A stretch of DNA of 63,996 bases, counting the filler, from Folioceros fuciformis (Eukaryota), in NCBI GenBank assembly GCA_049999805.1. It is 4 parts of 3 records of this genome, joined end to end, with 100 filler letters (N's around TTAATTAATTAA, not from the genome) between each part and the next. Parts side by side here need not be neighbours in the genome. Positions count along the whole stretch, not along the records: positions 15,690 to 37,060 come from JBNGIO010006150.1; 3 more parts are not named here. One strand, given 5' to 3'. The notes beneath the pieces were generated by a model. The model saw nothing but the letters and a program-made list of their open reading frames with translations. It was not told where the DNA came from and did no database searches. Within the stretch, counting starts at the first letter, position 1. Every line of letters begins with the position of its first letter. This document shows, piece by piece, positions 23,227 through 35,925 of this stretch. A program made the position numbers and the translations under genes.

Positions 23227-26200
23227 ATGGCGGATGGGAGGGACGTGCCGTCGCAAGTGTTTGAAAACATGAGTCGGAGGGTTGCTATGTTAGCACGGAA
23301 GACAAGGAATGTGACCTCGGATAAGGCCCTGCCTGCCAGCCAGGTGTTGGGGTACCATGCCGGCCGGCTGGATCAGTTGGCGTTGCTGCTGAGGGAAGTG
23401 CAGAGGGAGGTGGAGTTGGGTAACGTGGAGGTGTCTGGGCTGGATTTGAGTGCAATGGAGGCCGAGCTGATGGCGGAGGAGAAGCTGATGGAGTTTTATG
23501 GCAGCAAGAGGAGTTTATACCTTGTTGTAGCGTGCCCTTATCTCATCAAGCACTTGCGCAATTCTGCTTTCATTTTGAGTCAGGGCATGGGGGTGATTGA
23601 GCAGAACGGTTGCCCTCCCGATTTGGAGCACGAGCTGACTCAGTTGCGGAAGATTTTTGAGGAGGAAGCTCCCAAGCTGAGGACCAGAGAGCAGCAGATC
23701 GTTGATTACTTGGAGACAGGTGTTTTGGACACGGTTGTCCACCACGATTCTCAGAGTACGAAGCTCGCTGAGCAGATTGCGGAGTGCATGGGGCTGTCTC
23801 TTGATAGTGACGCGTTCAAGGATGAGCTGGCGAAGTTTCAGGAGGAGAAAGGGACAGCGGAACAAATGGAGGGGAAAGTGCATGTGTTGATCCTGGATCA
23901 GTACATCAATCTGTTGGAGAGGGCTGTGGCCGACAAGTCTAATCCTGCGACACCTGTGCGTCAGGGGCCTCCCAGCAAATCTGTGACGACCATGAAGGAG
24001 ACACCGTTTCTCCCTCTCCAGTCCTTCGTATGCCCTATCACCAAGGAGGTGATGCGGGATCCCGTGCAGATTTCCTCTGGCCAGACTTATGAGAGATCTG
24101 CCATAGAGCGCTGGTTTGCAGCTGGTCACAATAGATGTCCGTTAGGAGTAGAGCTGAAGAACACCAAGGTGAAATCTAATTTTGCGCTGCGCCAATCGAT
24201 TGCAGAGTGGCGTGAGAGAAATTGGAACATCAGGATGCAGAGTGCGGAAGTGGGCTTGTCTTCAGAAGACTCGGAGGACAAGCTTAAGGCTCTGGTAGAC
24301 TTGCAAGTGCTGTGTGATGAGGACTCGCTGAACAGGTACTCCATATCAAAGAACGGGCTCCTTCCTCCACTAGTGCGTCTGCTGGAGTGCAAGAACGTGG
24401 AATTGAGGATCAAAACCTTGTCTACGCTCAGAAGCTTGGCGCAGGACAATTGTGAAAATCAGGTGCCGACTTATCAGCTGTCAGGGCTCTGTGTGCAGTT
24501 TCCTTTCACATTTATTATGCGGCCAGGATTCATCTTCTGTTATGTGGATTTCTGCAGTTTCTCATGGTCAGAGAAGGAGTCATAGACCTCATTGTTCGCT
24601 GCCTTGCTCGTCAGTATGATGAATCAAAAGAAGCAATCCTATTGCTGCGAGTGTTGTCAGCTAGCCCTGCATTTGCAGAGCTGATAAGCCGTTCCCAGGG
24701 TGCGGTGACGCTTGTGGTGACTATGCTAGGCTCCGAGGAGGGTGATATCATTGACGGTGTGAAGAGCATTCTTGAGAACCTGCCGCCCAGTGATGATAAT
24801 GTTATCATTATGGCGAGAGCCAACTACATGACACCTCTCATTTCTCGGCTCATAGATGGTACGCCCTTCAAGTCGTCACTCATCTTTTTCCCAGTCGTGC
24901 CACAGTTTCATGTGAAGCTCTGGACATTGGTGCAAGTATGACGTATTTAGTTCAGGTTTTGTGTTGTTGTTTGCTTGGTACGCAGGAAAGACTGATTCGA
25001 AGATTCTGATGGCAAGGACTCTTGCTCGTCTCCATATCCCTCACACGAGCAAGCAAAACCTAGCAACAGGAGAGGCAATCTCAACTCTGATACAAATGAT
25101 GGCATCGGCAAAGCCCGAAGAAAGTGAGAGTGCTATCAGCGCTTTGGGAAGTTTATCCTCTGTTCCCGTTGTTGCCAACCTGCTTGTGGATGGTGGCGCC
25201 CTGCACATATTGAAGAACAAGTTATCAATTCCAAGGTCAACAGTGGAAACAAAAACCGGCGTCGCCCATATTGTGAAGAACATTCTTGAGGCATGGGGCA
25301 GTAACTTGCCAGACAATGAAGGCAGCGAGGCAGAACTGGATGGAATGATTTACACTTGTCTCTCCTTGTTGAAGCCTTTAACTCCTGCGACGGTTCAGCA
25401 CTATCTCTTGATGGCTTTAGTTGGCCTGGCTCGTGGGAAACGATCTCGCAGAATTGCTAGGAAAAAGATGATCGAGCATCAAGCTTTTGCTACGTTGATG
25501 CCTCTGGTCAAAGCTGAAGCTTCCTCAGAGATGCGTACTTCTGCCTTGCAACTGTTTGCTAGCCTGTCGCGGAGCTTCAGTTCTGAAGCTGGGGCGGCTG
25601 TGGGTGAGGACGAAGCCAGCATGTCGTCCTTCGTGGATGCGATGCTAAGGGATCTGGGGCGCCATGGTGAGGAACAATTGTCGGCGGCAAGAATTCTAGC
25701 TAACTTGCCCACGGACACTGGCTTTACATCTGCTCTTGTCCAAGCGGATGTTGCGCGAATATTGGTAAAGCTACTGGGCTCTAGTAATTCTGCGTTGGAG
25801 GAAGCAGTGTCGGGGGCGCTTCTGCGATTTACTCTACCGAATGACACAGAAATGCAGCGGAAACTGGCAAGCCTTGGTGTCATCCCAAAGTTGCTGTCTG
25901 TTTTGGATTCAGGCAAGAGTGCAGCAAAAGCAAAGGCAAGTAGAGCACTCGCCAACTTCTCTGAAAATTCGAATGCTCTGAGTGAGGTTGTTGCGTCCCC
26001 GAAGTGGTGGGCCTGCTTTGCCCCCGTCCAAGAAAAATGTCGCCTGCATGGAGGCATCTGCTCAGTGGAGGGTACCTTTTGCTTGCTGGAAGCCAACGCT
26101 GTCAACCCTCTTCTTTCAGTCTTGAAAGATAAGGATCAAGATGCATGCGAAGCAGCGCTGGCAGCATTGGACACTCTGGCAAACGGGTACAACAGACACT

Positions 26201-26484
26201 GGGAACAGGGAGTCCGTCTGATCGCCAACGCTAAAGGAGTACCCCCAATATTGGAAATCCTAAGCTCTGGTTCTCCTGCCGCTCAGGAATGTGCTCTCAA
26301 CCTTGTCGAGAAGGTATTCTCGATCTCAGAATACAAGGATGGGTATGGGACATCAGCTCAGATGCGCATCATCACCGTGGCTCAACAAGGTCCTCCTCAC
26401 TTGAGGAATCTTGCTGGGAGGATATTGAGGCAACTTGACCTTCTACATAGCCAATCCAATTACTTCGCTCCATCAGTTGGGTAG
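23227..26484 (+). CDS. U-box/ARM-repeat E3 ubiquitin ligase, SAUL1/PUB43-44 type; exons 23227-24462, 24558-24858, 24986-26484
   Basis: U-box FVCPITKEVMRDPVQISSGQTYERSAIERWF, multiple ARM repeats and the diagnostic CRLHGGICSVEGTFCLLEANAV. Two GT-AG introns join the three ORFs in frame. Confidence 0.93.
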
Positions 26485-28016
26485 CCTGACTCTCGGAGAC
26501 CCCACCCTTAGCTGCAAAGATGGATGATCTGCTCCTCTGACCCGGCATCCCCACGCATACGGATGGATGTCTACCTCCCGTATCATGCCATGCAGAGTTT
26601 GGGATTCCCACAAGAATTACAAGATGTAGTAGAGCCAACTGTCTACTTGATAGCAGTCTCGTGGTTGCGAGGTCCTGCCCAACCTCAGCTTCAAGGCCCA
26701 TCCAGGATTTGCCGAGAAGCTTGTAACAATACTGTATCTCCCAGGGCGCTACTTTTAGAGCGCCTGCCTTCTAAGTTGTAAGTACCTAGACAACGCTCTC
26801 AAAGACTTGGATACTTTCCATCGATAGTTCCTCTAGGCTAGGCTAATTGCCTCTCATATCTCACACGTCTCTGAATTCTGCACGTGCGAGACGTCTGCCA
26901 TGCCACCACTCCAGTATCGATGTATAGAAGCACAGTTGGAGGACGGATGGGCTGCTCCACCCTCCTCCCAAATTTCTTGCCAGCGGTGTTGGTGTAGATC
27001 AATTGAAAGTCTCTAGAGTCATAATTTTATTTCAGGACATCTACGTTGCTCTTCTCTTCACTGCCGCTGGGTTCGAAAATCTACGGTGGATATGTGCTTA
27101 ATTGAAGAGGTTGTGAAGGCACTTTGAATTGCAATTTCCCTTGGCCATTCCTAGTTTGTAGTTTAGCTTGAGTAGTCGTGTCAAATGAAAAGCCTTTTAA
27201 GGCATTGTGTGTGTCTCATTGTATTGATGCAAATGGATTTGACCATTTACTTCCTATCATTGTAAGGGCTAAAGTTATTATGCGCTATGTTGGTGTTTGC
27301 ATTGGTTGAATTTTGGAAGTTGTCCAACAAAGAGTTTGTGGTTATGCAGAAGATTGGCATGCCTAGTCTTTAGTCTATGCACATCAATATTTCTAATAAT
27401 TGGCTATACTCTAATGCGCCTACATCTTATTCAATTAAAGTTCAATTTATTAGGCATCAATTTGTTTAGCTAGGAGCATAGTGTCACTGCCCTTAGCTCA
27501 AGAAAGCTTGCTTAGATAGTTCACTTTCACGCTTTAATTGTCATAATTGTAGCTTGTTTAGATAGTGCACTTTCATGCTTTAATAGTCATAATTATTCTC
27601 AGTGCATGTGTTTCAAATGCTCTTGTTGACAACACGTACTCATGCTTTGTTTTTGGTGCAACAGGTGTTCTCAACTTTCTTCGCATCTTACCAATGAGTT
27701 CTAAGCAGAAGACTTGACGACTGGTAGCGAAGGGCGGAAGAGGAAGTACAAGTTTTGGAGCATAGTGGTGGGAGCTAGCCGGAAGGCCAACCCTCTGGCA
27801 ATTATACTTATCCTAAAGCTCAAGCTCATCCCTAATTTTAGCACAATGAGGCGATTAAGAAGTGCACTCCGTACTTCTTCCAGTCCTGCCACTTCCACTA
27901 CTGTGACTGTGCCTCTGGCTGAACGTCCAATACCATTCGGCTCGGCTTCAGTTTACGAGGACTTGAAATGTAGAAGTGCGACATGAGGAGATTCCGAAGA
28001 CTAGATGGCTGCAACT

Positions 28017-29792
28017 TCAATCGTCCCCGGACATGGAGTCTCTGAAGACTGAGAGAAGCTTCATTGTATTTTCGTCTCGATAATCTGATGCACGATTTCC
28101 TTGAACCAGCTCTACGCTCAGGTAGACAGCATCCGCACCTGAAAGCTTCATCTGTACTGCGTCCTCAAGGGAACGGACCCCCTGCAGAGATGAACCAGAG
28201 CTCATGAGAAAATTTGGATCTGATGCTGGGTTTGGATACAGGGAACGCAACGTCTGTTTACCGCTATAGATGTTGCTCCAAACGGCACTTCACCAATGAG
28301 AGATTTCGCAATTCTTTCTCGTAACCCTGGTAGTGGCAGCTGTAGCAAAACAAACGTCAGAAACTACACAAACGCAGCAAAACCATGTGTCAACGGGGCA
28401 CATATCTGGAGATAGAGCTTGCTGCTACCCACCGACAGCCCCACTGAAATGTTGAACCCATACAGCGGTATGCCAAGGGGAATGACATCCTGCAACTCCT
28501 TCATGTTCACTACCTGCATGGAAAGAACAAAGCTTGCTTTCATGTATGAGTTCGACATGGAGGCATGCATGCAGACATGCGAACGAGACGTTTGAGCGAG
28601 CTCACCTCCACAATAGCATCAAGTCCTAGGGAGGCAGTGTACTTCAGAATAGCCGCTGTGCCTGCAAGAAGGACAAGCATGGGGGGAAGCAGACTTTTAG
28701 GAACAGGTGCACCAGGAGAGAGATATCCGGCTCGTTCTTGATCACCGTGACAAATTGACCGAGACTTGGACTACTCCAGCCAGGATTGGCCCTTGGCAAT
28801 GACCACTTGTGTCAGGAATGCCCGTTGGCATGAAACACGTTGTTCAGCACGATCGGTCATGACTATCACCTTTGCTGAGCACCGAGCACACCACGGTGAG
28901 ACCAGCAGCTCCAGCTTCTCGCGTCTCCACAATCTTCGACGTGAAGCAGAGACGATAGTCAGTGCTAGACAATGCCTCAGGCTCCTCGAATACTACAGCC
29001 GTTGTTCGTAATCACGTCTTTACCTGGAGAGGATGAATGATCCAGTCCTTTCTCAGGACTGGCACCTGCACCGCTGCACAACAACCACAGCCTATGATAC
29101 AATGTTCCACAGTCATAAAGGCGTGGCTGAAAACATGATTTGGAGAAAGGAGACAGGAACCTTGGCAAACTGCTCTGAGATCTGCCATCCCGTTCGGTGA
29201 CCTCTCTTCGTCGGTGCGTACAGCAAGAACGTCAGCTCCTTCCAGCCAAATCACTTCCTCCCATCAGATTCCAAACCTACATCGCTGGATCTCACAACAG
29301 TAAAACACAATGTCCAGCAGCACGCCAGCCATGCTTACCCCATTCCACATACTGGGAGCATCGCTGCGCAAGGCTGTCAGGAGATTCCGCAGGAGAAAGC
29401 CGAGCCACCTCCGCCACCACAGAGGTTTTCCCCTGGAAGGTGCCAGCTGCTATCCTTTCCAGCACCTGGTGGGCGGATGGCGCAGGCCGCACTGAAGCCA
29501 GCCGCTCCTCCAGCTGCCTGGCTGCCATGGCTCCCAGCTGAGACTGCAGAATCCGCTGCTTAGTCCGAATGATGCTTCCCAGCCTGGATCCCGATGAGGA
29601 TGAAGGCGCTGAGGAGCCGTCATCACCCTCCTGGCCTGCAGCAGCAAGGCCGCCGCCCCTGCTCCGTTGTAAGGGCCTCGACACCGTCCTGTGCAGTCCG
29701 TTGCTCCGATCTTGTGGGTCATGAAACAACGGTAGTCTAGCATCCCGGTGGCAGCTCGCAGACACATAATGTACCGGCTTCAAGGCAGCCAT
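28017..29792 (-). CDS. Plastid-targeted indole-3-glycerol-phosphate synthase-like TIM-barrel protein (multi-exon, probably non-catalytic)
   Basis: Transit-like N-terminus. VVAEVARLSP, GADVLAVRTD, PVLRKDWIIHPLQ, LGLDAIVEV, LYGFN and GADAVYL appear in IGPS order across short GT-AG introns. Confidence 0.82.
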
Positions 29793-29968
29793 GGCTGCGC
29801 ACTTTCTCACGCCTTTCAGCCCTCCTTGTCGAGGACAACACGGTTACGGTATGCCCATCTGATTCCTACCCAAACCCACATTACCTGCTAACATGTTCCA
29901 CGACTCTGCTCCAAGGGCAGAGCCAGAAATCAGACGACGATGGGCAGACCTGGAGAAATTCACGATCC

Positions 29969-30217
29969 ATGAAGCTGGCCGGGGTTCTCATCACCATTGT
30001 GACTCACAGCGTGATTCCTCTGTGGTTGCTGTTCTTGGCGGTGGTTGTGCTCACGCAATGGCTTAAAGCCGAAGTTTCTGAGGAGGATTACCAGAGTTTC
30101 ATGCTCGAACAAATTTTGTATGAGCAACGTGACAGGCAGCTGGGGCATCAGCTGCCCAAGCAGCCAGCAGCTCCGGGATGCTCAGCCTCGGAGGGACCGG
30201 AGAGCCCTGCCTGCTGA
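29969..30217 (+). CDS. Possible small membrane-anchored protein (82 aa)
   Basis: ATG-initiated ORF with a hydrophobic stretch (VIPLWLLFLAVVVL) followed by a polar helix-like segment; no known family recognised. Confidence 0.3.
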   Translation: MKLAGVLITIVTHSVIPLWLLFLAVVVLTQWLKAEVSEEDYQSFMLEQILYEQRDRQLGHQLPKQPAAPGCSASEGPESPAC

Positions 30218-30578
30218 AATCCAGTCGTGGTTGGCACTGAACAGCTCGTCCAGGGGGCTGCGTAAAGGGAAACGAGCCTCATAGCAGCAAGTATGGAACC
30301 GGATTCTAGCCCGCAATATACAGTTCATGCATACATCCATAAGAGCAAGCTTGCAGACTCTTTGTCATGGAACGTTGAAAAGAATGGTCGAGAGAAATCT
30401 GAGAAACCTGTCGAGTGCGATTGGCATCGGCTACTTGTATGTGGCCCTGGCTCAGCCAACCAGCGGCCAAATGTCTAGCGGGACCCAGCTAGGTGCTGGT
30501 AACCTCAGCGAGCGTTTCCTCTGGTTGGAATTCAGACCCAAGAAATAGCATCATCTGCGAAGCTTCGTGCTGTCGAAG

Positions 30579-32353
30579 ATGGCAGCCCTCGCGTCTCCAG
30601 CTGCTGCGGCGGGCACGCTGCACAGTTCCTTCCACCCTGCAGGTTCTGTTTGCAAACGAGGCAACAGGCGAGGAGGATTGCAACTGCGACGGGCCCATGA
30701 GGCGCCACGCAATTACTCCGCAGCAAGCCTGAGAGCTACTTCGGGTGCTGTATCGGCGACAGTTGTGCTTGACTCCGAGCCTGTACGCCTCCAGGAAAAA
30801 AAACTGCAAGAGAATTCCTTGCTTCCGGCATAGGTGCAGTTTGATAGGCACCTTCTCAAGAGATGTCGTGACATTGATTCATCAGAGGTTGCCAGGCGCG
30901 GAGAACGAAAAAGGTGCCGAGGAGGAGCTGCTTGCCTGCCCAATTTGCTTCCAGCCTCTCATTCGTAAAGGCCCTTCGGGGAATAAGCAGTGAGCATGGT
31001 TTCGGCTCCGATTTCATCCCATTTTTTTATGGGGAAGCGGAGGACATGTCATTGATGGTGAAGCCTTCTCTGCAGGAAAGCCCTGGCGAGATCAGGGTTT
31101 CAGTGTACACGATGTAGGAAAGCATACTCAACACGGGACGTTTTCGTGGACCTCACGGTCGTGAATGGAGCTAGGGAATACCAGGAGACCTTCTGGCAAG
31201 GAACTGAATTATTCAGGTTGTCCTCTAATCGCTTGTCCGAGGGAATCGTTTTGTTCGTAAGCAGTTTCCATGTAATGTCTGAGATTCTGTTGAGTGATTT
31301 GCAGGAGCCCCGTGGTGTCTTATGTCTATGAAAGAGGGTGGAGACAGAATTTTCGATCAGCCGGTTTTCCAGGGCCTGACGAGGAGGTATGTACTGGAGA
31401 TGCTATGCTCCAAAGGACTGTTGCAATTGCTAGCCCCTACTGAGGACTTTATTGTTCATGTTGCAGTTCAAGATGGCTCAGGAGTACCTCAAGCCCGCAC
31501 TTGGGGGAGTTCTTGTGGATGTCAGTTGTGGGAGTGGTCTCTTCACTCGCAGGTTCGCTCAAAGTGGGCTGTACAAATCTGTGATAGCCCTGGACTATTC
31601 AGAGAACATGCTGCGCCAAACCTCCGAATTCATGAAGCAAGACAGCTCACTTGCCGATGCGTAAGTCTTGTCGAGCCCTGTTGCGATCCTGATAACCATA
31701 TTGTTAGTGAGTTTGATCGCTGAAACTGGTCCTATCTCCTCTCCGTGCAGAGACGTTGTTTTGGTTCGTGCAGATGTGGGCCGGCTTCCCTTTGCAACTG
31801 GTGGCGTTGATGCAATCCATGCAGGGGCTGCGATACACTGCTGGGGATCACCCTCCGCTGCAGTACGTGCATACCGTCTCCCAGATTCTGCAGCAGATAC
31901 TCCATGTCATTGTTGTCGATAACAGGAAATAGTACAAACAGGTTGATGGAGAACTACCGTGGTAGGTTCTTTCATCTTATGGGCTTCGGTTTCTAACAAA
32001 CTGCAACACGTACTTCCAGGTAGCTGAGATTAGCAGGGTTCTGCGTCCGGGTGGTGTTTTCGTGGCTTCTACGTTCACAATCCCACAATCTTTTTTCAAA
32101 CCTGTCCGACGAGCAATCTCAGGGGTAACATTTTCAGCCTGTGAATTCTGGAGTTTCCCCACCCACCAAACCCTTTCTGTTTCATCCAAGTCGATGTTTG
32201 CAGGTCTTGGGACAGGTCGGCTTCAGTACCTCCATGCGCTTCTGGGAGAAATCGGAACTAGCTGATCTATGCAGGCTTTGTGGGCTACAAGAATACAGAG
32301 AAATTACTAGGGAGAGGTTCATCATGTTCACTGCTCGCAAGGCACAGCGGTAG
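30579..32353 (+). CDS. Plastid class I SAM-dependent methyltransferase (At2g41040/At1g78140 type), multi-exon
   Basis: LLACPICFQPLIRKGP, TELFRSP..SYVYERGWRQNF, motif I LVDVSCGSGLF, VRADVGRLPF, AIHAGAAIHCW, EISRVLRPGGVF. Mostly ~80-90 bp GT-AG introns. Confidence 0.92.
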
Positions 32354-33364
32354 ATAAGCTTCGTGATGCCGTTCTCATCCTCACAGGGTTTCTCAAAGGA
32401 TGGCATTGATAGCTATGGCAAGACCGTCACTGAGGACCTGTTCTCTGCTTTGGGCCACTTCCCATGCAGAACGATAAGGTTATTCATTCTCTTCTTACCT
32501 GCCAAATGCATCCACTCTATGCGGCGGCTGAAACAAACGAAAGTTCTAAATTCAGCATCTCACGATTGTTGTCCTAGGAGCTTGAGTGATAAATAAAAAT
32601 TCCGTTACAATAGCTCCTGCTAGCCTGTCTTCCGGGTCATGTTGTTGCCTGGGCTACACTTTCGTCCTGACGTAGAGTACATGGAGACATTTCTAAACGT
32701 CTCGAACCCATCAACCCTGGTTTCAGTGTGACGTGATCGTTTGTTGTGCGACCCCCCTTCCTTCAAAGGGCCCTTGTATCTCTCTTCAACTTAATTTTAA
32801 GCTGGGTGTTTCACCAATTGGGGATGTTATGACAAAAGCCAGCGTTTGCCTACGCACAACAGGTCATTGGATCTAAGGATCCTAGTTCAGCTTCGATGCA
32901 ACTGTTTGAAGCTGCACAATAGCGAAAAACCGAACATGAGCAGACCGACTCAAGGGATGGCGTGTACTCACAAAGAGATGCTAACTGCAGGGGATATCAC
33001 CTCTTGATAACAGATAGTTTTGTAGCAGCTTCCCTGCTGGTCTTGGTGTTGTCCTCTAAACCAAAACATGGGGAGGTTCAAAGCCTTGCACGGGGTGCTC
33101 GGAGTCATGATCAGTGACCACCTACACCCTTGTTTCTTTTAGACTACTGTGCATGGTTAGACAAANNNNNNNNNNCACCTACACCCTTGTTTCTTTTAGA
33201 CTACTGTGCATGGTTAGACAAACGAAGATGTATAGCTCAAATCAAGTACGGAGATCGAAGCACGTGAGAACATGAAATTGAGAACATTAAGAACCTTCGT
33301 TGCCTCACGAGATTCCCGGATGGATGACTGAGGGACTGAAACCATGATCAGGTATTCCCCACAT

Positions 33365-33740
33365 GTCTTCGTAGATCAAGCCAGTGCGACAGGGAACCAC
33401 TGACGCAACTTTGTAAGCATGTGGATTCAGGAGGTTCCAACACCTACCGTGTTTGTTTCGTCTAGTTCCTTGCTTGCGTGTCTTCAGACCGACCCGCAAG
33501 ACTCCTTTCGCTGTTGGGAGACGTACAAACTTGCTGATCTACCCAGGGCTTTCTGGGTTACAAGAACAGAGAGGAACTCCAGGGGAAGATTCATTGAATT
33601 CACTTCTTCGAAACTAGAGCAGTAGATATGCTGCGTGATGCCATTGTCATCTTCTTAGGATGTGCAAACAGGGGTGCATCAAGCTGTGGCAAGGCACCGT
33701 CAGTAAGAACCTGTTCACAGATTTAGGCAAGCGTCCATGA
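33365..33740 (+). pseudogene. Diverged partial duplicate of the 3' end (last exons and 3'UTR) of the upstream methyltransferase
   Basis: 33520-33730 aligns by eye to 32243-32455 (GCTGATCTA..GGCTTT.TGGG.TACAAGAA..AGAG; GTAGATA.GCT.CGTGATGCC), with a frameshift. Confidence 0.75.
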
Positions 33741-33806
33741 GAGCCTTCACCTTTTTCATTCTCTCCTCCGCTGCAAGAAGCATGTACTTCCCTCTTGTTC
33801 AAGCTA

Positions 33807-35080
33807 CTACACCTTAAACGGTGGATCCATATTCAGCACCCTCCACATATACCAGCAGCCCAGGGTCCGATACGGCCTCCACTTCAGTGCTAACTCCTCC
33901 ATGTCAGATGGTGCAGGCAATGCCTTCAACTGGAATAACTTCTGAAACCCCTTTCTAAGCCCCAGGTCTCCGACTGGAAGGATGTCTGGCCTGTGAAGTG
34001 AAAAGATCATAAACATATGTACAGACCATACTCCAATTCCCCGAACTGCAGTCAAGGCAACCATCAAAGCATCATCATCCATGTCTAAAATGGCAGCATG
34101 AGAGAGAGCCCCAGAAGTGAAATGCTTCGACAGATCATGGAGGTAGCTTGCTTTGCGCTCAGATATACCAACCGCCCGAAGCTCCGCTGCCGTGAGTTTT
34201 AACAGAATTTCTGGAGTGATGCAGTTCTCTCCCTGCAAAGACCATGGAGAATCAAGAACGCTTGCAGACCCATTCGACACTTTAAAACAGCAAATGTGAC
34301 AGACTCCACTACAAATCCTACCCCGCAAAGTGCCTCCACTCGACCATATATTGCAGAGGCAGCCTTGGTGGCAAGTTGTTGGAACACAATGCTGCGAGCC
34401 AAGGACACAAAGGCACTTCCACACTTCTGGAATTTTGGACCTTCGTTCATGTCGATGACACGTCTGAGTCTCTCATCAACATTCTTCAAATGTTCAAGAG
34501 CCAGAGACAATGATTCTGGGTCCGCCAAGCTGACAACAGCACATCTCGACAACATGGTTGACTCCTTTACAAGAGCTTGATTCCCAAGGACGGTCTCCAG
34601 GACGGCACTCTTCCCTTCCCCACCCGCCTGTTTTGCGGAACCGCTTGCCTCCTTGCCACCGAGCCCGAAGTATGCCAGTGATGATGGAGCACCTCCTGGG
34701 GCAGGAGATTCCATGAGAGATGAAGCTGGTCCCTTCCTCAACCGCTTTGACACAGTCTTGACAACTGAACGCTTGCTACCCATAGCAACCTGGGGTCCGT
34801 CCTCCCTGCTGGATGCCACACCGTGTCCATCAAATGACAAAGACCGTTTGCTCCTGGTAGCATATCCGCTCCTGACTGCATACACTGCACGGCCTGCTTC
34901 CTCCTGCAGCTTCACAGAGCCATCCTGGCCCAGGTTGCTCTCCCCAATCAGGCCCTCCGCCCGTGCTCCTTCCTTGGCAGTCGAACTTCTGCCATTTTTC
35001 TTCTTAGCCGTGGGAGGAGTGTCACCAGCCGGCATTCCATGACCATGAAATTGCAGGTCAGCAGTGGGACATACTTCCAT
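33807..35080 (-). CDS. DNA-3-methyladenine glycosylase, AlkA/HhH-GPD family; exons 35080-34322 and 34232-33807
   Basis: SLARSIVFQQLATKAA, GISERKASYLHDL, HhH LTAVRGIGVWSVHMF, RPDILPVGDLG, WRPYRT. Intron 34321-34233. Confidence 0.93.
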
Positions 35081-35427
35081 TCTGCTCTGAGCTGCAAACA
35101 ATCTGAACGATGTCAAAGAGGACCGCCCGCAAATGCCACAATCGCTGTAAGTTAAGAAGAGCGATAACTGGGACACAGAGAAGCGGGACACAGCAAACAA
35201 GAGCCTCGCCAGCTTGGGAAGGAGCAACAACACTTACACACCACGCCACGCGAGTTCTTCCTTGCTTCCTAAGGTTTCGGACATCGCCTGAAGGCATCGA
35301 TGTTATTTCGGAAATGAAAAATAAAACAATTATTATTATTCATATAACCTGAATGTCATGGTGAGCAGAAATTTATGATGAGACTATTATCCTCTCTATC
35401 AGTCTTATAAACTATGAATTTTGGCTT

Positions 35428-35925
35428 CTGTAGCCTGCTTCATCCCCGGCCAAGCCGGGGATGGCCGAGAGCCTCAGGTCTGAGACGGCACAGGTCGGGT
35501 CCGCGAGACAGAACTACATAAAGCATGGTCGGCAGGAGAGCGAACGGAACGGAAGGGACGGAGAGGGGTGGTGGTAAAGGCGATCCGCTGGGCAGGATGA
35601 GACCATCGCGCCGATTGGAGGTCGCGATGAGTACGATCTCATGGTTTCGACGCGGTTACCTAGACGGGTCGTTGCAGTCCGAATAGCTGGGTTCATTCCC
35701 CGAGCATCGTGGCTCGTCAACGTCTTCCTGATGTGGGATTGCACCAATTCCTCCTGCCGGACTCGAGAGGGTGTTGCCTACCTGCTTTGCATTGCGGAGG
35801 TCTCGGAACTACACCTACGCGTGCCCGGAAGTTCCGTTGGGCGACACCCCGGAGCAGAGAGGGAAGAGGAGGGGGAGAAGATCGCAGAAGCGTATGCGAC
35901 GATCCTAGAAGGCCAAAAGGCATGA
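35428..35925 (+). pseudogene. Possible heavily decayed PnsB1/NDF1 (GT9-fold NDH subunit) remnant
   Basis: Colinear ACFIPG, ARQNY, KAIRWA, EYDLMVSTRL, LHLRVP and EREE across shifting frames resemble recalled PnsB1 segments CCVISG, GKQTY, KNVRWA, YYDMVLSTKL, LPLRVS and ERENV. Confidence 0.35.

Noticed and set aside
27507-27594. 44-bp tandem duplication in AT-rich intergenic DNA
   Set aside because: Ordinary local duplication with no further structure.
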